Shown here: piece after piece, positions 12,501 to 22,756 of the stretch
Layout: each line of letters starts with the position of its first letter
How positions within the stretch are numbered: the first letter of the stretch is position 1
Program-made: the position numbers and the translations under genes
Source of the DNA: Azolla caroliniana
Lineage: Eukaryota; Plantae; Polypodiophyta
Length of the DNA stretch: 64,000 nucleotides
Direction: 5' to 3'
NCBI GenBank assembly: GCA_043228905.1
Contig: JBHGNT010000001.1
Coordinates: forward strand, 2,046,001 to 2,110,000
Notes under the pieces: generated by a model
Databases searched by the model: none
Told to the model about the DNA's origin: nothing
Seen by the model: the letters and a program-made list of their open reading frames with translations, nothing else

Positions 12501-15457
12501 AGCTTTGTTTGTTTGAGGCATCAGTGTTTCACATATTATTATGTGCTACATTGACGTTTAGTACGTTAAAAATAATAATTTTAAATGTACTCAATGCTAG
12601 GATCCTTCCACAATTTAAAGAACTAATGGCTAATATGTTTTCATACATGTGTGGAATCATTACTCCATTGGGTAAACTTCACAAAATAAAGCAATGGAAT
12701 ATAATGTGTTTACTCATGCTCAGAAACAATGGAGTCCATTCTCATCAATATCTTTGTGCATAACGTGTAACACAATTATGTTAAGTAAACTAGTCACACA
12801 TACATGGAAGATCATTAACACTTCTACACATTTGTGGAAAATCACCTCCTTAGTGTGAGTGGTAATGTCAATGATCTTCATGTTTTCTAAGAAGTCATCA
12901 ATAATGTCATGAACAGTTTTCTTAGAGGTGCTTCAAGGTCTCTTCCAGTCATATATTTTCTCAACTGTCTCCCCACAAAATTATAGGGGAAGCTTCCGAT
13001 GGACTAATTTATCCTTTCACAAATCCACATGTCAATGAATTATGATATTATAAAATTAATCCCTAATCTTTTTAATGAGCACTCACCACTCACCATTGCT
13101 TCCCCTCAAGCAATCATTCCGTTGATGATCAGTTTATAAACACACACTCCAATCAATTGTGCAAAGATAGGTCCAATCTAGGCACTATATTTTTTAGTTG
13201 CCTCCACCTTTCAAAGTTATTTTGCTTTTCTATTATGAGAACTGAAGAAGAGATTCCCTAGAATGGAATGATGTTCAACGGACATGCACACCCCACCCCT
13301 CCCCCTCTCTCTTCATTGATGGGCAAACCACAAGTAAACTTTCACGGGCACCCCTAGAAGGTTTACTTATGTGCTCAATGCTTAGTGTGTAGGCCACAAC
13401 TAGGCAAATAACTCAACCCTTTTACCATTAATTACAAGCAAAAATGTAAAAAAGTGGGTTTGGTTGATCACTTGAAGACTTCTTTATCTTCTTATAAGGG
13501 CCAAACCCTTTGGTGACAACATCATTTAAACGATGGATAAAACATCCATCCTAGGTGCATAAAATGTTTTTTAACGAATCTTGGACATCTCTGACAAAAC
13601 TAAAAAATTTGGTCTCATCCCACCATTTCATTTACTTTTCATAATATTCTTCACAAACCCTGTGCAAATTAACCCCTTTAGTATCAAAATAAGCAAGAAT
13701 ACTCTTAGAACCACTGAGGTATTAACAAATAAGCAATAACAAGTTGACGTGAGGGTGGTGGTTGGTTAGTGCCCATGTTTGGTTGGCAATCAAGGTTTAA
13801 CATGTTGGTTGTTGTGGTGTTAGCAAGAGATTCACTCACACCCGCATACAATTGGCACTAGAGTCTCTCTAGAGCGGGATGCCATCCTTACACATGCACA
13901 ATGCACATACACATTCTCTCTCTCTCTCTCTCTCTACAAAATGATGTAATTTTTCCTTGTGTTTTCACTGGATTCCTTGTCTTACATGCACCACAGTTTG
14001 AAACCACAAACGTATTTTGAGTAATATTTGGTTTTGGTGCCCATAATTGATCAAATTTCCCAAAAAGATAAGTATTGACTCTGGAGCCTATTTGCTTCTT
14101 CTAATTTATTGTACAAGGTTCATGGTGTCTAAGCCAATGATTTTCTGTCTCTAGACAAGTCTTTCTTGAGGGTTGGCATGTATTGTGTTACGCGCAAATA
14201 GTCTCATCCAATATTTTCATGTGTATTACTAATGGTGCTCTTATATGCAATCTTTTGGAAAGAGATTTTAAGGGCATGCCATTTAGTTATATATGTTCAA
14301 ATTTAGGGATCAATCATGTATAGCTCCATTGTCCTAAGAACACTGTGCCCTTTCTTCCATGATCTTGGTGCACTCCCCAAGGTTGAACCGTTGTGAAGAT
14401 TTGGGTTTGTTAGATGTAATTTTTTTATATTTCTTCAAGTTGTCTTTCTCACACCTAAACATCATTAGGTTGCATGCATTATTGTTACGACATCACACCG
14501 CAATTTCCTTTTCTTCAAGTCCTTCTTTATACGTAGGGTTTTCTTCTTCTTTCTTTTGGTGGTAACCTACGGCCCTTTTATTGTGCAAGAATGTGTGTGG
14601 TGTACTATTGATAAGTGCTACCTTATTAATTATATAAAATTCTGATGTTTACACATGGTACATATTAATTTAACCAAAATATAGTTCTGCGCATCATCAT
14701 GATGGACTGAGTTTATTTCTCATTTTTTCATGTAAGGCTTTGCTCATATATTCAACTCAACATTTTTGTATAATGTTTGTTCAACGTAAATTAAAAACCC
14801 ATCTTTTCCTTTGACATGTATATATACCACAAATCAATTCTCGAAAGCCATAATGGGAACTCTTTCTTTGGTATTGAGGATTGATATCCATTTCACCAAC
14901 GCAATCTAGTAGCTAAAGTTGTGTAAAAAAGAACATTTAGATAACATGGCTCTCCGCATGTAAATTTTAATGACTATTTTAATATAATAACAAAAATTGT
15001 TGCTAGTGGTGAGCAATTACTTAAATTTTCACGTCGTATGAATAACATTGTGCAGTAAGTGCCTATATTCTCGACACAACTACGTCCTAAAATCTTCTAG
15101 GAATACAAACATGTTGATATTGTTGATATCTTTGGCATTGCCATCCATGTTATTTTTGGCATGGCTAGAAATCTTAACGAGAAGCACAACAACTAGAAAT
15201 CCTAACTAGTATATGTCCTTATGAAAGCATCAACCACATACTAATTGAAAGTCACTAGAAATGGGAGGTTATGATGTTGTGGCTAATCTTGGTTTGTATG
15301 TCATCATCAAACATTTCAGTGAACTAAACCAGTTGTTGCAAATAACGTCACGAGTGCTAACACTCAAACGTAAGAGATCAATGGATGCCATAATCACCAT
15401 AAGAGTTTTATTGGACTGTCTATGGTGGCAAAGAACCACTTCCATGTTAAGGCTTAG

Positions 15458-15884
15458 TGTAAAGAATCGTGTATGATTTTTGTGTAGTGGAATAGGTGTG
15501 AACTCTGTGTGTGTGTGTGTGTGTGTGTGTATGAGAGAGAGAGAGAGAGAGTGTGTGTGTGTGTGAGAGAGAGAGAGACAAGGAGTAAGACACAGAGTAT
15601 ACGCAAGGTAAGTATATTAACAAAGGAGAAAGACTCAACATTTTACAAGGTGGGAGGAGGGTGCTTTATATAGTCACCCTCTCTCTTCATTAACTACTAG
15701 ACTCATGTGGATCATGGGGAATGTGAAAGCTCATAAGTTATGTGTCATAGAATATGATTCTATGACTCATACTAAATGCTAGAATACAAAGTGGTGACAT
15801 AATGGTGACTCTTGACCGTTGGATTGTCTATTCACTCTCAAGGTGAGTTCACACACTAGACCAAGTTGAGCTTGATTCTCAACA
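15458..15884 (-). repeat. 3' LTR of outer Copia (427 bp)
   Basis: Direct repeat of 32608-33032; contains a compound (GT)/(GA) microsatellite and a TATATAAAG box on the - strand near 15664-15672. Confidence 0.97.
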
Positions 15885-16101
15885 CGCCCCCTCAAGCTTA
15901 AGTCAGGTCGATTTCAGATGGTATTCGAAATCCGCTTCGCCTCGCGTTCCAGAGTCCGCCTCGACTCGCCTCGACTCACTTTATGCGGAGTTGCGGAATC
16001 CGTGCTCTAGCTTGCATTGTGCGTAGTTGCGAAGTCTTTCTTCACGGTAGATTGGCTCTTCGCGGCTTCGTTGTGCGGTTGCGGAATCCATGCATTACTG
16101 C

Positions 16102-17031
16102 TTAGTGTCTTGCCGGTTGCGGAATCACTCTATCAGCTTTGTAGCCGGCACAATCGGCGTCGGTGTACCCCTCGAGTCGTATTGGCATCCTGGTCTTGTA
16201 GAGGATGCCGCAATCCATTGTGCCGCTCATGTATCGTAAAACTCGCTTAACGCAATCCAAGTGAGTATCACGCGGTGTTTGCATGAATTAACTAAGGAGA
16301 CCGACCGGATAACTAAGATCGGGTTGAGTGATACTCCCGATGAGTTGCCGATACTGAGTCGGCTCACACACTTTGGTGCCAAAGTTCGCATCCAGTTTCA
16401 GATTGCGATCGAGCGGGGTTGCCGCGGATTTGCACTAAGCCATCCCGAACTTGTATAACAAGTTGAGGATATAGTGCCGTTGAGAGATCATGATTCCAGT
16501 CGGAGTCTGAATTACCTCAATGCCGAGGAAGTAGTGGAGCTCCTTCATGTCCATCATCTCGAACTTGTTGGAAAGGAGGGATTTGACCTTATTTAGTTCG
16601 ACGAGATGCTCACCTCCAATGACTAGGTCATCCACATATAAGATGATGACGATCGGACTGGTGGAATCGCTTCGTATGTAGAGGGAGTTGTCCGATTTTG
16701 ACATACGGCAGCCGATTTGATGAAGATATTGCATTATCTTCGAATGCCAAGCACGCGGTGCTTGCTTGAGGCTGTAGAGTGGCTTCTTAAGGCAGCATAC
16801 AACTTTCGGATGGGTGCTCGAGTTGAAGACGGGTGGTTGTATCATGTACACCTCCTCTTCTAATTCCCCTTGTAGAAAGGTGTTCTTGACATCCATTTGA
16901 TGAAGGTGCCACCCTTTCACCGCGACAAGTGCAATTATGGTCCAGACCGTCGTCATCTTTGCCACCGGGGCAAAGGTCTCCTCGTAGTCAACTCCATGCG
17001 TTTGTGCGTAGCCTTTCGCTACGAGTCGCGC
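16102..17031 (-). pseudogene. Outer Copia reverse transcriptase, 3' part (frameshifted; RNase H largely missing)
   Basis: ARLVAKGYAQTHGVDYEETFAPVAK...QMDVKNTFLQGELEEEVYM...LYSLKQAPRAW...LYVDDL; then in another frame HLDCVKRVLRY...GYTDAD, where similarity stops. Confidence 0.9.
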
Positions 17032-17747
17032 TGTCGTGAAGAAAACCGCCCACAAGAGGAATCGGAGGAACAAGGCGTGGGAAACGGCTCTACACACACA
17101 CGCGCGCCAAGAAGTACCTAAGGACGAAGTAGGTACATACGAGGATCCTAGGTGGGTAGATTCGGTTGGTATGCAGTTAATGCCAAACGGCCTCTTGACG
17201 GGCTATAAAAGGAAGAGGAAGAATAGAAGTGGGGCATCTCCCGCGGAGAGGACGAAGTGCTGCCGAACCGATTTCGGAGCTTCTCTCTCACTCCTGCTCT
17301 CTCTGTCTTCTGCTCCATCGCGTACCTGTGCAGGTTTCGAGGAGGCTTGCGCTGTTCCGTGGAACGCCCGAGTGCGTCCTGCAGCACCTCCGACCTGTTT
17401 TCCCTTTCTGTGCGTCGCGGCATACAGGGGTCGGCAGCTGTTCGCCGCCCTGTTCGTTTTCGTTAGTATCTATTTTGTGCCCCACCGTGGGTTGTAATAC
17501 TTTAGTCTGTTATTTTCTTGCATTCATAAGTACATATCTCTCGTTGTTGCGTCCATCTGCGTCGGCGTTTATTTGTGATCTCTGTTTGTTGGGCCGTGTC
17601 CCTGTGCAATCGTCGGTCCGGCGCAATCGGATCTTCGGTTCTGTGTAATCGGGTCTCTCTCTCTTACTCCTCTCTCTCTTGCTCTTCGGTTCGAGACCCC
17701 CGTGGTCCCTCCTCCTTTCTACACGCAAGGGCGTAGTAACCCCGACA
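17032..17747 (+). repeat. Gypsy 5' LTR (716 bp)
   Basis: Direct repeat of 28916-29631; TATA-like CTATAAAAGG near 17204. Confidence 0.97.
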
Positions 17748-17750
17748 TCT

Positions 17751-17768
17751 TGGTGAACCCGACGTGAA
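17751..17768 (+). promoter_or_regulatory. Primer binding site complementary to tRNA-Trp
   Basis: TGGTGAACCCGACGTGAA lies 3 nt after the LTR. It is the reverse complement of the plant cytosolic tRNA-Trp 3' end TTCACGTCGGGTTCA-CCA (recalled, not searched). Confidence 0.85.
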
Positions 17769-17790
17769 AGAGGCGGCAGAAGAGTAGGAA

Positions 17791-19917
17791 ATGAAGGGGG
17801 CGGATCTTGCAGAGGCCATGGCTTCGGCCGTGGATCGGATAGTAAGCGCGCGCGAGGGCACCGGCGCCCTCGATAGAGCTATTGAGGCGGTCGTCGGAAC
17901 GATCGGTCGATTCACCGGAAAAGATGCCACGAAGTACCTGGCGTCCTACGGTGCGGAAATGTTAATGCGCGACATTCCGGAAGACAGGCGTCTGGCCGGT
18001 TTTCCCCGAGTGGCGATGCCGAGCATCCACGCGGAGGTGCTCGAGGTGCGGGCGGAGAGCCGTACCTGGGAGGAGTTCGAAGGTCGGCTCCTGGAAAAAT
18101 ACGGACTGGACGACGCGCTCCGGCTTTCGAAGCGAAGCTTCATGGAGTGGGTGGAGTCTCCCGGGAAAGGAAGGAATGCGTCGGCACTCCTCCGGGAGTT
18201 CGAGGAGAACTTCGCGCGCCTTTCGGCGCTTGACAGGATGGTCCTGGATACAAGCCGGGTCCTGCTGTTCGTCAAATCGGTTGACGAGAGGGATCGGAGT
18301 CACGTGGGCGCCCTGCTAGAAACCGAAGATGGGCTGACAGCCGACTGGGCGGCGGTCAAGAGAGCCTGCGGCCGTTTCGACAAACGGCGAGAATGGGAGG
18401 ATGACAGAGCAACCGGGTCGGGCTCAGTCGCGGCGAGGAAACTCGAGCCGGCGCAGCCGGTGCGAAGGGAAGAGACTCGGGAGTGGCTGGAATCCGGTTC
18501 GGCTCCGACCGGCGTGATCGGAGGCTCGACTGGAGGAGCTGCGTTGGAGGAACTGACGAGGGCGATAAAAGACCTCCAAATCGCACAAGCCCGCAGAGAA
18601 GGCGGAGGACCTGCTCGTGACCGACGGCCGGCGGCAGGGAACAGGTGCATGTGGTGCGACGGGGTCGGCCACATCCGAAAGGACTGCGGCGATTTCGCAG
18701 AGGCGCTGAGGAACCGGGTGGTGTACCTATGGGAAGGCCGGGTTCACGCCAACGACACGAGAAGGGCCCTAAACCGAAACGACGGGCGAGGCGGAATGAA
18801 GAGGTTGATGGAAGAGGCGGCGGCCCGACATGCGGAAACCGTCCACTACTCGGCGTCGGCCGGCATTCGAGTCGGGGGCGGCGAGGCCCGAAAGGAAAGC
18901 AAAGCCGGATTCTGGCCGACGATGCTAGAAGGCCTTGCCGGTGCAGGGCTTAAAAGGGAGGAATCGGACCGTGCGGAGAAACGGGTACGGGAGATGACCG
19001 GGTGGAGCGACCCGGTCGAGGAAAAGACGGGCTTCGTGGAAGCCGCTTGCCGGAACTACGAGGCTCTGGTAGAAGAGAAGCGGGTGGGGAAACCCGGGAC
19101 GACCGGGCCCTCACAACGATACGAGACCCGGTCCGGGCCACGACGGGACGAAGCCGGCGGGGCCGGTACGCAAGATAAACCCCAGAAGGGCGGATACCGT
19201 CTGGGGACGGAGATAGAAAGAACCACGGACTTACGAAAGGTCCTGGAGGAACGGATCCTCGACAGCAAGGTGGAGCTGTCGCTACGGGAGGTGCTGGGAA
19301 TCGCCAAGAAGGAGTTCCACGACTCCATCGTGGACTTGGTGAAACGGAAGAGGCTGTCAACGGAGACAGAACCGGAAAGACCGGTGGAAGTGCGGACGAC
19401 GCACCTGGACGACATGGCGCTGGAAGACGAGTGGGCGGAGAGCCACTATTCGCGGCCACACTGGGCCCGAGCGACCACGGAAACCCCGGTAAAGATCGGC
19501 GATGTCCAGGAACCGGTAGTAGCTTTGGTGGACCACGGATCGGAAATCAACCTGATGTCCATGGACTTCTATAAGAAGGGCAAATGGCCGATCAACACCA
19601 AGCACGGGTGGAAGATAAGGGCGGCGACGCGCGCCACCGAGGAACTTCACGGGGCCTGCCCGAATGTACGGGTCAAGATCGGCGATGTCGAGATAGACCA
19701 GCACTTCTTCGTGCAGGAGTCGTCATCGCACCCTGTCATACTGGGAGAGCCGTACATCACGGCGGCTCGAATGGAGACCAAGGTGCTGGACAACGGTTCG
19801 GCCTATGCGCGGGTCAAGAGCCAGGACGGGCGCCATTCGGTCCAGTTTTTGACGGTTAGGCCGAACCACGAGCGTAACCGCAACTCCCTCGGTTCCGATA
19901 ACCGAGAGGATTTTTAG
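17791..19917 (+). CDS. gag: Gypsy Gag-protease polyprotein (708 aa)
   Basis: Intact ORF with zinc knuckle CMWCDGVGHIRKDC and aspartic protease ALVDHGSEINLMS...VILGEPY. Confidence 0.92.
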   Translation: MKGADLAEAMASAVDRIVSAREGTGALDRAIEAVVGTIGRFTGKDATKYLASYGAEMLMRDIPEDRRLAGFPRVAMPSIHAEVLEVRAESRTWEEFEGRLLEKYGLDDALRLSKRSFMEWVESPGKGRNASALLREFEENFARLSALDRMVLDTSRVLLFVKSVDERDRSHVGALLETEDGLTADWAAVKRACGRFDKRREWEDDRATGSGSVAARKLEPAQPVRREETREWLESGSAPTGVIGGSTGGAALEELTRAIKDLQIAQARREGGGPARDRRPAAGNRCMWCDGVGHIRKDCGDFAEALRNRVVYLWEGRVHANDTRRALNRNDGRGGMKRLMEEAAARHAETVHYSASAGIRVGGGEARKESKAGFWPTMLEGLAGAGLKREESDRAEKRVREMTGWSDPVEEKTGFVEAACRNYEALVEEKRVGKPGTTGPSQRYETRSGPRRDEAGGAGTQDKPQKGGYRLGTEIERTTDLRKVLEERILDSKVELSLREVLGIAKKEFHDSIVDLVKRKRLSTETEPERPVEVRTTHLDDMALEDEWAESHYSRPHWARATTETPVKIGDVQEPVVALVDHGSEINLMSMDFYKKGKWPINTKHGWKIRAATRATEELHGACPNVRVKIGDVEIDQHFFVQESSSHPVILGEPYITAARMETKVLDNGSAYARVKSQDGRHSVQFLTVRPNHERNRNSLGSDNREDF

Positions 19918-22066
19918 AGAGGGCTGCCAAGGCGTGGGGCCGCGACAGTCCGGACACCCCGGGGAAACCCCACACCTGTACGATAAAACCGAAGAAACCT
20001 TGTACCATAGGTAGGGAATTTTTGTTCTCCGACAGCGGAGCGTGTAAGATAGTCGGCATCGGCGGCCGAGAGAAGACAAAGGCGGAGGGGAGACTTCGAG
20101 CGTGCGGAGTTCTCGGCCCGGACGAGGAAATCAACGGAGCCGTGGAGGCGGTCTCATTCGACGACACCTTGGGAATACTGGGAAAGGTAGTCGAAGAAGG
20201 CCTTAACGAAGACCGGACGATACCGGTGTGTTCCGAGGAGATGTACGAAGTCATCGCGGACTTCGGTCGAGGGCTCGAGTCAGTTCGGACGGCCCACGTA
20301 AGCACCAAGTACAAGACTGTGGACCGGAAGGTAAGGCCAGTCGCGGCACCCTTACCGGAGGACAGCGCGTCGAGAATCAAAGGGGTGGCATCGGACCCTA
20401 GTCTACGAGATCCGGCCTGCATAGGGCACACCTTCACCGACGAGACGCTCCGAGAGCTCAAAATAGGTGGGGGCGGGTTCCTACTGCCGGCGGAGGAAGA
20501 CCGGTTTCGGAGAATGCTCGGAAGGCACGGGAAAGCCTTCACATTCTCGCCGGAGGAAATCGGGTGCGTTGACCCGACGATCGTGGAGCCGATGGTGATA
20601 TTCACGGTACCGCATGTACCATGGAATCTCAAGCCAATCCCGGTTCCGAGAGCTCACATCCCGAAGTTGATGGAGCTGCTGAGGCAGAAAGTTGATATGG
20701 GAATTCTCGAGCCGTCGAGCGCCCCATATTCAAATCGATGGTTTACCGTACCGAAGAAAAACGGTTCGTTGCGCTTCATCCAGGACCTGCAGCCGGTCAA
20801 TCGAGTGACCATTCGGAACGCAGGGATCGGACCGACCATAGACGAGTTCGCGGAGGCCTTCGCCGGAAGGTCAATTTACTCGGTCGGGGATCTATACTCA
20901 GGGTACGACCAGTTCCAGCTAGCCGTGGAGAGCAGAGACATTACGACGATGCGAACTCCCCTCGGCCTAGTTCGGATGTGTACACTGCCGCAAGGAGGGA
21001 CCAACTCGGTGGCCCACATGGTGAATGCGATGAACAAGGTTCTGAGGGACTGTATCCCGGACATCACCATGCCGTTTCTGGACGACATCCCGATCAAGGG
21101 ATGCCCGGTGGAAGAAAAGGACGAGACGATCGGGCCGGACGGATGCCGGCGATTCGTGGCGACGCACATCGACGACTGCGAGAAGGTGCTGCAAAGGCTA
21201 GAGGATGCGAGACTCACCTTCTCCGGGGAGAAGTCGGCCTTCGGGCAGTCAGAAATCATGGTGGTCGGACACCTGTGCGGACCATATGGCCGGAAACCGT
21301 CTCCGACAAAGGTAGAAGCCATCTCCGCGATGAAGCCCGACTGCAGCTCGGTCACGGAAGTACGGAGATTCCTGGGGGCATGCGCGTTCTACCATATATG
21401 GATCCCGCATTACGCACACGTCGCGGAGCCACTCTACGGGTTGCTGAAAAAGGGGCGAAGGTTCGAATGGCTAGACGAGCACGCGGAATCGGTCCGGAAG
21501 CTGAAAGAGGCCCTTGCAGCGGCACCGGCACTCCGGAAGGCGGTATACGGGAAGGGTACCCCGGTATTCATAACGGTGGATACCAGTCCGACCGGGATCG
21601 GATGGGTCGTGAACCAGGAAGACGAGGACGGCAATCGGTTTCCGATCCGATTCGGCGCGAAAGTCCTCAGTGAACGGCAGCGAGGATACGCCCAGGTTAA
21701 ACGCGAACTCTGGGGTATTGTTTCGGCGGTTAAGGCCGACAAAGACTACCTGATAGGGACGGAAGTGATCATCGAGACGGATTGCCTGCCGATTCTCGGT
21801 ATGGTTTCCGGATGCGCGACTCCGGACCTGGCGATGCTCAGGTGGATAGCGTACATCAAGTCCCTGGACCCGGAAATACGACACATTTCCGGAAAAGACA
21901 ACGCCATGGCCGACATGCTTTCGAGGGCGAGGTTCGACGACGAGGGCGGCATGGTTTCGGAAGACGAAGAAGTCGGCGTGGATTTCTTCGGGGCGGCATA
22001 CATAACGACCGACGGGGTGAGCACTCCGGCGCTTAACGAGTTCGACGCGAGCAAGTACGACGGGGA
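19911..22066 (+). CDS. pol: Gypsy Pol 5' part: RT and RNase H, in the -1 frame relative to gag
   Basis: The frame is open from the gag stop region. RT PYSNRWFTVPKKNGSLRFIQDLQPVN...DLYSGYDQ...LPQG...PFLDD; RNase H TVDTSPTGIG...RELWGIV...ETDCLP...NAMADMLSR. Cut by the inner Copia at 22067. Confidence 0.92.
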
Positions 22067-22725
22067 TGTTGGGATTTACGGTCCCTCCGGATGGGATGTC
22101 CGGAGACGAATGACGGCAAGCCCGGTTGCGGTTACGGAACCGGAGGATGAAGAGTACCCGGATACGGATCCGGATGATGAAGACCCCGGCTACGGAGCCG
22201 GATGATGAATACCCCGGTTACGGAGCCGGATGATGAATACCCCGGTTACGGAGCCGGATGATGAATGTACCCGGAGGGAGATCCGGATGCGGGGACATAT
22301 TTGTGAATATGTTCGCCAAGAGCCCTTGAGGCTATATTTGTAAATAGCCCGAAAGTCATATGTGTATAAATATGACTTAGGGCAAACAGTTTATGTTGTT
22401 GCTTATTTTTCATGAGAAGTGAGAGCAGCCGAGAGAGAGAGAGAGAGAGAGAAACGAAGAGGTCGACGCCTCTGTGTAATACCGCCGCCTGTGGCGAGGA
22501 CAGCGAGCTCAAGGTCGTCGCCTTGCAGCTCGCCATTGTATATTCCAGTGTATAGTGATAGTTGGAGTCGTGCACTCCCGTGGTTTTTCCCGTTTAGGGT
22601 TTTCCACGTTATACCCTGTGTATTCGTCTCTCTGTGTCTTTTTTTCCCCATTTTCTGCTGCATTGATCCGTGTTGTCTCGGTTGTGGCCGAGAGGCGAAA
22701 GATTTGATAGCGTCAAATCCCAACA
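22067..22725 (+). repeat. Inner Copia 5' LTR with 28-bp U3 tandem repeats
   Basis: Unit CCGGTTACGGAGCCGGATGATGAATACC; its GATGATGAA core starts at 22173, 22201, 22229 and 22257. TATAAAT near 22365. Confidence 0.97.
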
Positions 22726-22756
22726 AACTGGTATCAGAGCGACGGTAACACAGAAA

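Noticed and set aside
17751-17768. tRNA-Trp gene
   Set aside because: Only the 3' 18 nt including CCA are present in antisense, next to an LTR, so this is a primer binding site.
22067-22205. Acidic C-terminal tail on Gypsy Pol (ORF 20022-22205)
   Set aside because: It is read-through into the inserted Copia LTR, not part of the native protein.
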